Positions 1 through 13,894 of a DNA stretch of 64,000 nt are shown here, piece after piece (within the stretch, counting starts at the first letter, position 1; every line of letters starts with the position of its first letter). A program made the translations under genes and the position numbers. The notes below the pieces were generated by a model, which worked only from the letters and a program-made list of their open reading frames with translations, ran no database searches and was not told the DNA's origin. Origin of the DNA: Lama guanicoe. Taxonomy: Eukaryota. The stretch lies in assembly GCA_013239625.1 (NCBI GenBank), contig MU053365.1:248001-312000 (forward strand). The letters are read 5' to 3'.

Positions 1-1082
1 GGTTCTGAGATTTCACTGGGACACATCCAAGTGAGTGTCTTTTTCATTCACTCCCCTTGACACCTGGTAGTCCGTTGCACCTCTAAAGTGTCATGTCTTT
101 CTTTAGCTCTGGGAAAACTTCTATTATCTCTTTATTCTTTCCCCTTTCCCACCTCTCTCATCTCTTTTTCTAGAACTCTTATAAACAGTTCCCCAGTTAA
201 TTACCCCAAGAGTTATCCTGGACCCTCTCCAGCTACTCGCATCTATTGTCTGTGAGCTTGGAGCAATGTCTTGTGTGTATATTGGCTTTAGTTTCTGTCC
301 AATCTGTTTTCTATCTTTCAGGGATTCCTGAACATTTCTGGTCTCTTGATAGCAATCTTTCTTGTTTATCAGCACAGCTTTACATTTATTGCTTTCCTAT
401 AAAACATATTTTTATGTATTTTCTAATGATGTTAGGCAGAAGGGGTTGAAGATGTATGTTCTTAATCTGCTATCTTGAGCCAAGCCTCCACTTTATTTTT
501 GTTTTATTGTAGAGCATATGATTTATGTGGTCTCACGACCTTTGGAGAGCTAGGCAGGTTAAAAATAACAAATACATAAACATGAGTAAACATTGCTATC
601 AAGCTAGTACCTGTTCATTTTCATACAAGTATTTGCCGCAAGCTGCTGAAATTCTGAAAGCGGCTGGTCTAGTGTTATTTTGCAGACAGTCTGGGGGCTT
701 GTGTCCTAAACCACAGGGGCTCCAGAGGACGAATGTGGCCATCTCTGCCTGGCAGAAGAGCATTTCAGATCCCTCGGGCCTACAAGTGGGAGAAAGAGGT
801 AGACTGTAAGACTCACCCATCAAGGGACCACACCTGTTTGTTTCACTGCTCTGTCATTTGTCCCTGACCATTTCTGTTGCTCAATCGGTGAATGGAAAAA
901 AGTGCTTGTTGCCAAGCAAGAAGGTGTTAGGCCCTAGCCTCCCCCTGCCTGCTTTCATGTGGATGCCAGAATGAGATTTTGAGCAGTGGCTCCCTGTGGA
1001 GACAATCTTGGAAGCAGCCACGTGTGAATCCTTCTTCCAGCAGTGGTCCAGAATACCTCCCGTCTCCGGCGGCAAGACACAG

Positions 1083-1333
1083 GAGCTAACATACCCTGAG
1101 TGCTTACTGTGTGCTGCTCTTCTAAGTGCTTCATACGTGCGATCCCCTTTTGTCTTTACAACAACCCTCTGAGGTAGGCGCTCTGATGCTCGCCAGTTTA
1201 CAGATGAGAAAACTGAAGTTCAGGGGCATTAAGTTGTCCATGGTCACATGGCTCATGGGAATAGAGCCAGGAGTTGAACACAGGCAGTTGGCTTCTAAGG
1301 CCCACGTGTGGAACCACTATGACACACTGCCTC
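1083..1333 (-). mobile_element. MIR SINE, near full length
   Basis: Core tttacagatgagaaaactgaag with flanks matching the reverse complement of MIR. Confidence 0.8.
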
Positions 1334-3056
1334 CATCTCAGACTATTTTTGGGGTCCTTTCTCCACCTTATCTTTTAAAATGTCTTGAAGCCTTTGTGTG
1401 GAGCACTGCACCTTGATTCCAGGGTCTCTTGGGAGCATGGCTTGTAGGTGTCCACCCTGGTCTTCTGTTAGCCAGGTCTAAGTCAAAACGCTGAGACCAA
1501 ACTGAGCCAATGTACTCTGGCCCAATGCAATGTTTCCGCCAACGAAGATGACTTGCATGAAGTATTATGTGGATCTGGTTGTAAATTCTTGTCATAAAAA
1601 TCTGGAATGATGGAAACAATTTCTGAAGTTAATGTTATTAGTAAGGAAAGAGCCATTGAATCAGTGTTGCGCCGTCCTTTAGAAATGATACAATACCTCC
1701 ATCTATTGATTTATGGACCACACGTTTGTGCATAAAGGATTTTTTAACTCGGTCACACACCTCATAAAATGAGCAGGACCAATTTACAAATGACGTAACA
1801 GTCTCTCTCCTCCCAGAGGAGCTTTCTCTGTCCTGTCTGACAGACTCAGTGCCTTCAATCCCGCAGCCCATTTCTTAGGCATTCATTCCTGGCTGTGGTC
1901 ATTTTTTTCAGGGTGGTGCTCATGACTTTTAACCGTATTTATAAGGAGTGAGGTATTACATTAAACCAATGAATTGATGCAGTATTTAGATTAAAACATT
2001 CCATTTTTGGCTCCATGTTGCCATGTTTCAGCCAAGTATACGTAGATCGATGGAATGCAATTTAGATTTTCCTTCCCTGCTTGCGGATTTTCTGCTAATT
2101 CATTTTCCCTTTACCTCATGTAAGGTTCCCTTCTGTCTGGACATTTTTAACTCTTGAGAACTGGAGTAATACAGGCTGTGAGGGGCAGTGAATAACCCCA
2201 CAGCCGAGGCAGGTGGTCACGTTCAAGGACAGCAATCCGTTAGGGGTTAGCACGGTAGGTGTGGTGGGAGCCGGGGAGGGGGCTGAGTTCTGTAGACAAG
2301 GACACCATCTCGGCCAATATGTGGCAGAGCAGCCACTAACTTTATGCTTTAATGATCTGGAAAGGGCCGCTCCTGTGCACCCGTTACGTTTAGAGATTGG
2401 AAACTGGGGAGGGAAATACGTCTTGCCTGGAAAAAGTTAAAATAGATTTGTAACCAAAGAGATGTGTCAAAGGGGGATTTTTTTTTCCTTTGAGACTGAA
2501 ATAAACTAAAAAAGCTGCCCTTCACTTAGATGGATTGAGTCCAGGTTTTCCCTTTTTAAAAAAGAATTGAAATTGGAGACCCCCACCTCGCATAGCAAAG
2601 GTCTCTTACATGGAGCCCTGTGTATGTGGGATCAGGTTTCCCTTGCAAACAGGATTGGATTGGAAACCAGCCTGAACTCATCTCCCATCCCCACCTCACC
2701 CCACCCCCAAACCTGGAAATGAACCCAAGGAATCATTTCAAAGTCTCAATTCCTAAGCGTAACTAAAGTACAATAACCCTTCCCCCACCAAAAAAAAAAA
2801 ATTGGGCTACTTCTAATACTCTTAAAAACTGAGCAGCTCCCGCTGCCTGGGACGCCACATTTGTTAGACCTAAATACATGGAAAATAACATCAGTTACAA
2901 TTCAAAGGAAAATGTTACATGTGGGTTCCTCGGGTGTACGGCTTTCATCTGTATTGATCTGACTAAAAACAATCCACGTTGTAAAAGAAGTAGCCAATTT
3001 TATTCAGCAGGATGGGAGAAGGGCAGACCTGCTCTAAATGGAACCTTCAAATCCTT

Positions 3057-3090
3057 TGTGTGTGTGTGTGCGTGCGTGTGTGTGCGTGTG
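3057..3090. repeat. (GT)n/(GCGT)n microsatellite
   Basis: tgtgtgtgtgtgtgcgtgcgtgtgtgtgcgtgtg. Confidence 0.9.
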
Positions 3091-6000
3091 TTAGGGAGTG
3101 ATGCGTGCAGGGGGCGGATAGTGAGATTTGTGTTAAGTCTCTTGCAATCCTGTTCAAGTTGACAATAAGATAACATATCACTGAAGAGCCTTTAATTTCA
3201 GCAGAAGCTGATTATACAGTGGATTGGCTGGGACCACTCTGTCTTATCATCTGCTCTCTGCAAACTCTGCATTTTAAAACCCTTCCAACCAACACAAAGA
3301 GTATATCACTGCCACGCAAAAGCCACTCCAGTGAGGAATTTCCTGAGGGACACCCTCTGCTACCTCCTGAGCCCAGGAACTACCCCCCACCACACACAAC
3401 AGACGTCATGGTTACCGCCTCATGTTGTCAGCATCTGGAAGGCACATGAACGTTTTCCAAGATGAAGCAAGCCCTTAGGGTTTTGGTGCGATAAGCAAAT
3501 TGTTAAGTGACTTTGCCTGTTCAGTTCAAGTGAATAAGATGTAGATGCAATAAATACAGTCACACTCTGGTCTCTGATACCCACTCCTCATAGTGACTTC
3601 AGGATAGCTATGTGTTCTTAAGAACAGAAATCTGTTCTTGCTTCTGATTTTTATTAATCTGCATTCAAAAGCTTGAATTTCTTATTCAGGGCCTAGAAGT
3701 CTTAGCAAGAGAAGTACAAAAGGCAGTGGAAATAAGAATGCATGTTTCCACTACACAGAACAAAAGGATTCAGGTTGAAAATGAGCAAAAACGGAATCCC
3801 ATTCAAAAGTAGAATTTGCAATACTAGGTACCAGCTGCCTTTGACTGTCTGTGGGGAATTGATTTTTTTTCCAAGTTACAAATTAAAAGGGGTTCTTTGG
3901 ATAAAGAAAGATTTGAGGGAAAACAAACTCAAACTGCTATAAATCTGAGACAAAAATACTCCGAGTGGTAATGAGAGACATTTGGAAGTAATAGCATTGT
4001 ACGCCTCCTGAGTGATTGCTTGATTTTTAAGGAAGCAATCTTTTCTTTTTTTTTTTTCTTCAAACAAAACCTTTTGAACTTTCAGAACTCCGTTCATTTG
4101 TGTTGATCCAATTTTTCAAGGCTAAAAAGGCCGTCTGGGTGAAATTGGCCCTCGTTTCTAGGCATACATTACATGTCATCACCAGATTACTGGTTTCCTG
4201 AGCCCGCTCCACTGTTTCTTCCTCACCGATGAGTCATTACGTTGTAGGCTGCCACCTCAGGTCACCCGAGAAGTTCTCCATACATCATCATGGCTGGAAT
4301 CTGTCACTTTTGACTGGCCCCTGTTTTGAAGCTTGCGATCTGGTGTTAAGGAAGTCAGTGCCCGTTGATCTTTCTGGCATAACTCCTGGCATAGGCTGCT
4401 TGTTTAGTTTTTAGAGCCTTCAGGTTGATTAGACAGAGTGATTAAATCTCCCGGATATGTTCACTTACATTTAATGTTCTTGGACATTAATTTTAATGCT
4501 CTCTAAATGACTTGGCTTGATAAGGTGTTAAGTGACCTAAATGGATAGAAAAGAGTTCAGGATCCTCAAGCAGGCTTTCCCCTCAACTTGGGCAGGGGAG
4601 ATTCTGAACCAGAGACCTTGTGGGGAGAAGTCATCGGTACATTCTCCAGCTCGTCTTACTGGCAGGAGGCTCCCACTGACTTGGCTTATGGAAAGGTTGT
4701 GAGTGAGTGGTGGCGTAATGTGAAAGGGCAAAGTGATTACCGAATGTGCAAGCTTCAATCACAGGGCATCCCTCCGAAATTATCCACAGAAACATTTCAT
4801 TTCTGAAGATAAATCTGATTTAACTACTAAGAAACAAAGCAATTCTCCCAAAACAAAGTAATCCCACACGTGGCTATTTCTCTTCCTGACAAACCCCAAA
4901 GAATGCAACAGACAATTTTTAATCTCCAAAAATGACATGGTTTCTGTGACTTGCCTTTCGGAATCAAGTATTTCACATTCAGCTCGCATCTCTGGGCTGT
5001 ACCTGAAAATCACATCTCAAGATGAAAATGTCAATTGACCCTTAATAATTGGCATTAGGGAAAAAATGATTTCTAATCTGTGGTAACTCTGCTGCCTATG
5101 GTCCTCATTAAGTGCCATCAATACATATTAAAATGCATGTTAAAATCAAGATCATCAGAAAAATTTTTTAATTCTTACTTAATGACAGTTGAGTCATTGT
5201 CATATATGATCAAGTAATGAGGGCTGTGTGATTCAGCTAATGACATCTTTACTAATTGGAAAACTTACAAAAGAATTCCCAGCCGATTATGATGGACCTA
5301 CTTTCTCTTGATAAGTAAAACTGTCTTCAGAAAAAGTTAAGAGACAAAGCCTATTTTAAAGTTACAACCTGTTGATTTTATCTAAGTGCGTCTTAATTTT
5401 CCTAAAATCTATGTTAAGAAAATGACATTTGGAGGACAAATTATGGGTCTTTTTGGTTTAACAGGCATTCACTGGGTGCGCACTTGAGACTGGTACTAGA
5501 GATACCAACAGGGAGCAGAGAATTAATGAAGGCTCGTGCAGGTAGCCGGCGAGTACACAAGTAGTAATGCTGCAAGGTACGAAAGACGCACATACTTGGG
5601 GACGTACAGACAGAGCGTTGTGGGCACACAGAGAAGGAGGCAGCTCAGTCCAGGTGGAGGTACCGTTGGAGGTTGGTATGAACCTGAATAAGATGGCAGG
5701 GAGTCAAAAGGGCAGGGAAGGAAGATACAGGAGTGACCAGTTTGAACAAAAGTATGAAGGCATGAAAACAGATGATACGTGTAATGAAGGGGGCGCTGTG
5801 ATATGAAGCTGGATAAGTAGTTTGGGGGCTAGTTGGAGGGCAACATTAAATGCCCAGCTAAGGTGGGAGTTGAATGTTATGTTCCAGCCCTGCAAACATA
5901 CACTCACACAGTCAAATCTAAAGTCAAAGAGTGTGATGGGCCTAGAAGACTAGGCTCTAGCTTGCCCATTGGGAGAGCTGGGAGGGAAGGGGGAAGTAAG

Positions 6001-6327
6001 GTTGGTAAGAGAGGAGGGAGGCTGGCAGGAGGGCTACTGGAAGTGTGTCTTGGTTTGGATTTTTAGATTAATTTTAATCTAAGTAGATGAATCAGTAAAA
6101 CACACTTCTACTTTAGGTTGAATGTAGGAGAAATTGAAATGATTATGATGACTTTGTGAGACGAATTAGACAAAAGAAGCAGGCAACTGACATTTTTTTA
6201 TGGTGTATGGTCAGCACAGAGACTCATTCATTCATCAGTCTAGGGACTGACCGTGTGCCTCATATGTGCCAGGCATTTGGCTCCAAGCTAAGGAAGTGGA
6301 GGAGAACAATAAAAACTGTGCCCTGAT

Positions 6328-7310
6328 ACAAACAGCTCACACAGCTTAATAACAACAACAAATAAACCCAGTCCAAAAATGGGCAGGAGACCTAAACAAG
6401 CACTTCTCCAATGAAGACATACACATGGCCAGTAAGCACATGAAAAAGTGCTCAATTTCACTAATTATCAGAGAAATGCAAATCAAAACTACAGTGAGGT
6501 ATCACCTCACACCAGTCAGAATGGCCGTCATTCAAAAGTCCACAAATGACAAATGCTGGAGAGGCTGTGGAGAAAGGGAACCCTCCTACACTGCTGGTGG
6601 GAATGCAGTTTGGTGCAGCCACTATGGAAAACAGTGTGGAGATTCCTCAAAAGACTAGGAATAGACTTACCCTATGACCCAGCAATCCCACTCCTGGGCA
6701 TGTATCCAGAGGGAACTCAAATTTGAAAAGATGCATGCACCCCAATGTTCATAGCAGCACTGTTTACAGTAGCCAAGACATGGAAACAACCTAAATGTCC
6801 ATCGACAGATGACTGGATAAAGAAGATGTGGTATATTTATACAATGGAATACTACTCAGCCATAAAAAGAATGAAATAATGCCTTTTGCAGCAACATGGA
6901 TGGATCTAGAGATTACCATACTAAGTGAAGTAAGTCAGACAGAGATAGACAAATATCGTATCACTTACATGTGGAATCTAAAAAATGACACAAATGAACT
7001 TATTTACAAAACAGAAAGAGACTCAGACATAAAAAGTAATCTTATTGTTACCAGAGAGGAAAGAAGGGAAGGGATAACTTAGGAGTTTGGGATTAACAGG
7101 TATGCAGTACCTTATAGGAAATACATAGACAATGAGGACCTACTGTCTAGCACAGGGAACTCTATTCAATAGCTTGTAGTAAGCTATAATGAAAAAGAAT
7201 ATGAGAAGGAATATATGTATATGCATGTATGACTGAAACATTTTGCTGTACACCAGAAATTGACAAATTGTAAACTGACTATACTTCAATAAAAATTTTA
7301 AAATTAAAAA
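6328..7310 (+). mobile_element. 5'-truncated L1 (ORF2 C-terminus, 3'UTR, A tail)
   Basis: ORF2-like peptides ([28 protein letters not shown]). TSD aaaa(a/t)ctgtgcc(c/t)tgat at 6311-6327 and 7311-7327. Confidence 0.92.
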
Positions 7311-7844
7311 AAAATCTGTGCCTTGATCCTTTAGGGGGTCACGAGTATGAGACCAAGACATGAACAATCCATTCCCACGTGAAGGGGACAGTGCTGGGCT
7401 CCAGGTCGTGTAAAGGTGGCAGCAAGGAGAGGAAGGATCAAGTGTTCCCACAGAAGCCCAGGAAAGCTTCCGAAGGGGGCAGAAGTGTGAGCTGAATCTT
7501 GTCTCTGTAGAAGGCAAAGGTTTGCCAGGGATATCAGAGTTTACAAAGAGAAGCCTCCAAGCTGCCCTGGCTGCAAAGCCCAGCACATCTGGCTCTGCAG
7601 AGTCAGGACCACAGGTCGTAGGAAGAGGACGGGGGCTGCTGCCCACAGGAGCCTCGAGGTAGGATGGGCCCAAAGAGGAGACAGAATTGGATGGTGGGGA
7701 AAGGCTGGGCATTGTAAAAAGGAAGCCAGAAAGCAAAGACCATATCTTTCGTTTCTTTTAAGGGCAAGAAGCACCCTACCAGATATTCCCCAGTGCTTTT
7801 TTGAAGGCTTGGAGCAAAGGATCATGGAGGCCTTGGTTATTCAA

Positions 7845-9112
7845 AACAAATTTTTTTTGGATTGTGGTAAAAGCCACATAACATAAAATTTACCATTTTG
7901 GCCATTTCTTAGTGTACAGTTCCATGGTATTAAATTCATTCACATTGTTGTGCAACCATCACCACCATCCATCCCTGTTAACTCCTTTCATCTTGTAAAA
8001 CTGGAAGTCCACAATGGTTAAACGACAGTTCCCGATTCCCTTCTACACCCAGCTACTGGCAATCGCCGTGTTTTATGATTTTGACTACTCTCTGTAGCTC
8101 ATATAGGTGGGAACAGTATTTGTCTCTTGTGACTGACATTTCATCTAGCATGCTGTCCTCAAAATTCATCCGTGTTGTACTAAATGTCAGAATTTCCTTC
8201 CTTTTTAAGGCTGAATAATATTCCACTGTGTGGACAGACTACATTTGCTTATCCACCTGTTGGTCAATGGACACAGGTTACTTCCATGTTTTAGCTACTC
8301 TGAATAATGCCTCTATGAACCTAGCTGTACAAATATCTTTTCCAGACTGTTTTCGATTCTTTTGATTATATATCCAAAAGTGGAATTGCTGGATCATATG
8401 GTAATTCTGTTTTAAATATTTTGAGGAATCACCAAACTGTTTTCCACAGCAGCTGTACCATTTTACATTCCCACCAACAGTGCACAAAGGTTCTAATTTC
8501 TCTACATTCTCATCAACACTTGTTGTTTTCTGCTTTTTTGATAGTAGCCATCCTAATGAGAGTGAGCTTGTATCTCACTGTAGTTCTGATCCGCACTTCC
8601 CTGAAGATTAGTGATGTTGAGCAGCTATTCGTGCTATCAGCTATGTGTATGTCTTCTTCGAAGAAATGTTTATTCCAGTCCTTTGACCATTTTTGAATCA
8701 GGTTGTTTTGATTTTTGTTGTTGAATTTTAGGAGTTCTCTACATACCTGGATATTAGTCTCTTATCATATATTTGATTTGCAAATATTCTCTCCTATTCT
8801 GTGGGTTACCTTTTTTATTCTGTGGATAGTGTTTTTTGATGAACAAAATTCTTAAATTTTCATGAAGTCCAACTCGTCTATTTTTGTTGTTGTTGTTACC
8901 TGTGCGTTTGGTATCATATCCAGGAAATCATTGCCGAACCCAATGCTGTGGAGCTTTTGTCCTGTTTTCTTCAAAGAATTTTGTTGTTGTAGATCTTATA
9001 TTTAGGCCCTTGATCCATTTCAAGTTAAGTTTTGTATATGTTTTAGGTAAGGGTCCAACTTCATTCTTTTGCCTGTGGATGGTCAGTTTCCCCAGCACCA
9101 TTTGTTGAAAAA
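7845..9112 (-). mobile_element. Older L1 (L1MA/MB-like) 3' fragment
   Basis: L1 3' end motifs reversed. TSD ggaggcc(t/a)tg(g/a)ttatt at 7826-7841 and 9113-9128. Confidence 0.88.
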
Positions 9113-10129
9113 GGAGGCCATGATTATTGACATGAATTTTTTAAGTGGATTTGAACTGATCACCACCCCCACCTGCTGCTGTGTTCTTTAGAAGAACAGA
9201 TTAGGTAACATGCTTCTGAAGCCAACATAATACATATGATTAAAAAGAGATGTCAGAACAACATCTGAGCAACTCACAAAAATGGTTTGAGGAAGACATT
9301 CTGAATATGACCCCCTACTGTCTTCAGTTTACCCATCACAGCCCTTGGACCCTCTGTGTTCTCCAATTTCCCCAACACTCCTGCAGGACTCCTGCAGCCC
9401 TCCCTGTGGGGAACAGCCATCCGTCTCTGCTCAATGTTTGTCTGCAGTCCGAACTAATTGCAAGTGGCAGAGCTGAGATTGGGCCTTGATTGCCCAGAAA
9501 CATGTCGGTTATTTGATGAAGCAGGTCGAATGAACTCTTGGGCATCTGTAGCCTGGTCCTCGGGGACGTGTGTAGGAACCGGCCTTGAGTCTGTCGGTGA
9601 GCGCAGCCACAAGGCTTCACCTCCTGCGGCCCCTGTTATTGACACAGATTAGAGCTGGGGCGGCAATTAAAGCTCTAGTGAAGGGGACCATCAAGCGTTG
9701 GAGCCGAAGCCTGCTGAAATAAAGGGAAGTAATCTCCGAGATGTCAAACAAGCCTAGTGTGTAGAAGGGTCACTGTGTTGTTTTTACAGGTGTCACCCTG
9801 AAGACATGGTCCTCAAATAACAATGTTTGTGAAATAGAATGAAAACTTTTTTCTTGGCAATTAATAAGGCTAATTGCTTGCTAAATAACATATACAAACC
9901 AGTTGTTATAGTGCAGCCCCAACTTCCGAACTGAACGAGGCACTCTCCACTCAAAACACTTGATATGGTTTAAATAAACAGTAAAGAAATAGGTTGCTCA
10001 AATAACATGCTCTTTGTAGTGGCTGAAGGTCACCAGCACCGACCCCTTTAGCAGCACACGTGCCTTGGGTCCGGGATTCCGCTGCATCACCTAGACTCCC
10101 CGAAGATGATGATGGCAAAATGACAGCTC

Positions 10130-10290
10130 CTACTCACTGAGCACCTACTAGGTTTATGTAGGAAAACATAAATGCATGATTTTACTTAATGATCACAACA
10201 GCCTTTCAAGGTCGACATGATTGTTTTCCTTCTCCCAATGGGGAAAATTGAGAAAAGGGCGGTAGCTTGTCTGTAGTCACACTGCCGGTG
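10130..10290 (-). mobile_element. MIR fragment
   Basis: ctcactgagcacctacta...aatgatcacaacagcc...ggaaaattgag pattern. Confidence 0.55.
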
Positions 10291-10634
10291 TGTCCAGTTC
10301 TCAGCCCACTGCTGCGGGCCGCCACTGTACTTGTGCTCTGGTCACTGTGTGCCAAGAAAGAGACCAGCCTCACTGTTCAGAACCGTATGCTCACTTCCTA
10401 CTCACTGCTCTGTCTCTTGCCTTCTACACTGATGGCCTTCTAGGTGTTTCTCCCCTTCTTGATCTGGCTGTTTACAAAATTAATCTTCCCTGGGGAACAG
10501 AGTGGTGATTAGAAGGGGACATGAGGTAATGTTCTATTTCTTGACCTGGGTGGAGTTCCGTGGGTGTGTTCACTTTGATAATTCAGTGGTTTTTATACTT
10601 CTGTATGTATACTGTATTTTAAAGCCATCCTAAG

Positions 10635-10855
10635 ATATATATATGTGTAACTGTATAACATATTTGTATACATATATGCTAACATACATTCATATAAATA
10701 CATACATGTATATTTGTCTACATCTACTTTACACAGTTATATATACATGTGTGTGTGTATCACATACATGTATGTTCTTGAATCACTTTGCTGCACACCA
10801 GAAACTAACACAACATTGTAAATCAACAGCTCTTCAATAAAATTTCTTAAAAAAT
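10635..10855 (+). mobile_element. L1 3' tail with expanded (TA/CA) tract
   Basis: gaatcactttgctgcacaccagaaactaacacaacattgtaaatcaac...aataaaa, same end as other L1s in the window. Confidence 0.75.
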
Positions 10856-11774
10856 AGTAAATTTTAAGAAATCCTACCCTGTTTTCCCCTGATCGCTGTC
10901 TCTGTTATTTATTTGTTCCTGCTTTACATCAATCGTTTAGTGTCCTGGGAATTGGCAAGGACAAAGAGCCTAGGACAAAGTAGGAGGAGACTGGAGGGGA
11001 TTAAGAGGAGAGCGTGCTACGTGGCCAAGCAGCCCATGTCCTGCTGAGCACTGTGCTCTTTAGATGATTGAGATAAATTAGCAAGTCCCCACAACGTGGC
11101 CCTATCACAAACTAGTCTTTTGCATCAAATCCAAATGACTGGCTCCTAGCCCTGGGTGTGCTCTGGTCAGACCTATGAGCAAAGACTTACCATTTGCATG
11201 AAGTTGCTTCTGAAAAAGAAGATTGGCTCTTCAGGACACTTCTGAGCACATCTCACTTAGAAAAGGTCAGAAAACAATCTGCTGCATTGATTTACTCTAG
11301 GACAGAAGTCAGGTAAAAGTTGGTGGCAGGGGTAAGGGGGTTTATCTCCTCACTCCCCATATCCCAAAGGGGATGGAACATTGCAATGAAGTCCTCTGAC
11401 CCCCAGGAACTCCCAGGGCACATAAACAAAAAGGTGGTGGTGACTGGTCCTCTGATGTTTGTTGAATACTGCATCTGTGCTTAGCAAATATATGTTCCTT
11501 TTGGTCCTAGCTAAGTGAGCACAATTATGTCCATTTCACAGATTAGGAAAGTGAAGACCAGAGCAGGAACGTATTTTGCCAAGAACCCACAGTTTAAAAC
11601 TGAGCCTATGGTATTATACACCCAAATCACTTAGAGGGAGGAGACAGGTACTTGAATCAAACAACTAATTAGCATCCAAATTAAAAAGTCTCTCTTATCA
11701 AAAAGAAACTTGGACTGTATTTTTCTTCTTTCATAACAACAAAAAGGAGTTAGAAAGACTTAAAATTGGAGGAG

Positions 11775-11927
11775 TAAACCTGGATTCGACTCCTGACTCT
11801 GCCGGACTGAGGAAACTTGAATAAGTCATTTTATTATTTTAAGCCTCAGTTTCTTTATCTGTAAAATAGGGCTAGGATAGCCTACCTATGTCACAGAGTT
11901 GTTAAGGTCGTGTGAATTAAGCTATAT
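11775..11927 (+). mobile_element. MIR, interrupted by the solo LTR at 11928
   Basis: aagcctcagtttctttatctgtaaaataggg core. Confidence 0.75.
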
Positions 11928-12397
11928 TGTAGAGTTCACTGACATCTGGCAGATTCCTGCTCCAAGGCCCCTCAGGCACCCAGTGGCTGCCCTTTAAAGA
12001 TAGCAAAGAACATTCCTTCCCTAATACATCCCTGCCTTAGCTGAACTAACTACCCTAGATAATGATCAATGCCCAGAAGCCAGACCCCCGGCACCAGGCA
12101 CAGCCGCTACCAGAGTCCTGTAGCCCTACCCTTCCATAACTCCCTCCCTTCCCTACTATCTCAGTGTCAACCAGTCAGAGACTTGTGCACGAGCTGATCA
12201 TGCACCTTGTGGTCCCTTGGTACCTGCCGTAACTCTCCCTAATAAAAGACCGCGACACCCGCCCCTCGGTGCTCACACAGGCTCCGCTCATCTGTGCGGA
12301 CCGCCGTTGTCTGTGGCAGGGTACCTAATACATTCTTTTCCTGTTGTCATGCTTTGTCTTTGGTAAATTCTTTTACTGCCTGCTGAATCCCGCAACA
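11928..12397 (+). mobile_element. ERV solo LTR (470 bp)
   Basis: TG...CA ends, perfect 5-bp TSD TATAT (11923-11927, 12398-12402), internal AATAAA at about 12241. Confidence 0.85.
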
Positions 12398-12479
12398 TAT
12401 ATGACAATTTTTGAAGATTAAAAAAAAATGCTGTTACATGTGTAAGTAGGAATTATTTGAATACAGGCTAAACAGTGAC

Positions 12480-13170
12480 AAGGCAAGGAGCAAGTATTCT
12501 TGGGGGGGGTGGCGATCAGAAGAGGAAGTAATCACCCCTGGCTGTGGGTGACAGAAGGTTTCTTGGGGGAACTGAACTTTGAATTGAGTCTTGAAGGAGG
12601 ACTGGGAGGTGGATATGCAGGCATGGGGCGGGCAGGATGTGAAGGAGGGAAGGAGTAGCTTAAGCAATGAGCCAAGGCTTGGAAACCCTGTTGTGTGTAT
12701 GGGGGACAGCAAGCAGCTTAGTTTGGATGAAGAGATGATACACAAAGGGGAGTAGAAGTGAAATATCGGCGTGAAGCCGAGGCACTGGTGGGCCGTCTGG
12801 AGGTTGACTCTGAATGCCAGCACAAGGCAGTAGTGCTTTCTCACTGCAAACTAATTGAAGCCTTCCAAGGTTTTGCCATGGAAGCGGTGAGTAAGGAGGC
12901 CTGTAATCTGGGCTGTGTCTCAGGGTAGGCACTCCACCATGATGTGGTGGGTGGACGGCACAGCTGCATTCATTGGTAGAACAGCAGGGGTGTGCAGACC
13001 CTCAGAGGGATCGTGATAGTGTCCAACAAGTGGGTGGAGTAGCCACAGAGGATGGAGCAGACAGAAGGGTCTATAAGACATAGAAACAACAGAACATGGC
13101 AATTGATGAAAAGCAGAGGGCCAGGAATAGGAAGGAGCCAAAGATGGCTCAAAGCCTGGGGCCAGAGGAC
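12480..13170 (-). mobile_element. L2 fragment(s)
   Basis: Purine-rich L2-like motifs (gaactgaactttgaattgagtcttgaagga). Confidence 0.55.
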
Positions 13171-13279
13171 CAGGCAGGGCGGGGATGGGGCAGTCTTTAG
13201 TACACAAGACACTTCAGGCTCACTGCTCGTGTCGGGAGCGCTGAGCCTCCCAGTCTGCGCACCCAGGCAAAACTGCTTC

Positions 13280-13894
13280 TGTTGTCGGCAAGATAGTTCT
13301 TGTCTCATCCTAGAAAGAATTCAGAAATGAGACACGGAGGCCAAGAAAGCAAAGCAAGGATTTACTAAGGGATAGACAATACGCTTTCAAGGAAAGAGTG
13401 GGCAGACCCAGGTGGGCAGCTGCCCCAAGTGTCTCTGGCAAGCTGGTTATATGGGTGTAAAAATGAATGGGCAGAATATTCATTGGCGGGGAGGGGTTTG
13501 GGGTCATCTTTCCTGATCTTCATCCCAGCTCCACCTTCCCAGGTGGGGAGGAGGGAGGTTTTTTCGTCCTTATTTAGTCTTGATCGAAGTCAGATGAGGT
13601 CATAATGAACAAAAGGTTGCATTCAGATGGAGGTATCATAAGCAAAAGGCTGCATTCAGATGGAGGTCATGGTGAGTGAAAGGCTACATTCGGATGGTGC
13701 AGATTCCTGTCTTGTCCCACTTTCTTTGCCTCTGGGACACTCTTCACCCCAGACTGTGTGGTTACTTATCAGTCCGGAGGTTCCTGTTTTTCTTGGTCTG
13801 TCCAAGGACCCCTGTTGTTCACAAGATGTATGGTTTCCTGCCATTTAGCCTGTGTGCCCCTTCTCTGCTCATGTCTAGCTTCAGTGCTCTAACA
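13280..13894 (-). mobile_element. ERV1-like solo LTR with internal ~34-bp triplication
   Basis: TG...CA ends; 4-bp TSD cttc/cctc; R/U5 related to 60320-60415. Confidence 0.75.

Noticed and set aside
3613..3639. Overlapping palindromes tgttcttaagaaca and aagaacaga-aa-tctgttctt as a hormone response element
   Set aside because: Half-site spacing is 6 nt rather than the canonical 3; short palindromes are expected by chance in 64 kb.
7140..7736. 198-aa ORF, and similar long ORFs at 22226-22819, 33440-34024, 45899-46486, 56603-57175, 62682-63305
   Set aside because: They run across TE boundaries or antisense to TEs, have no recognisable domains, and have no supporting splice or promoter structure.
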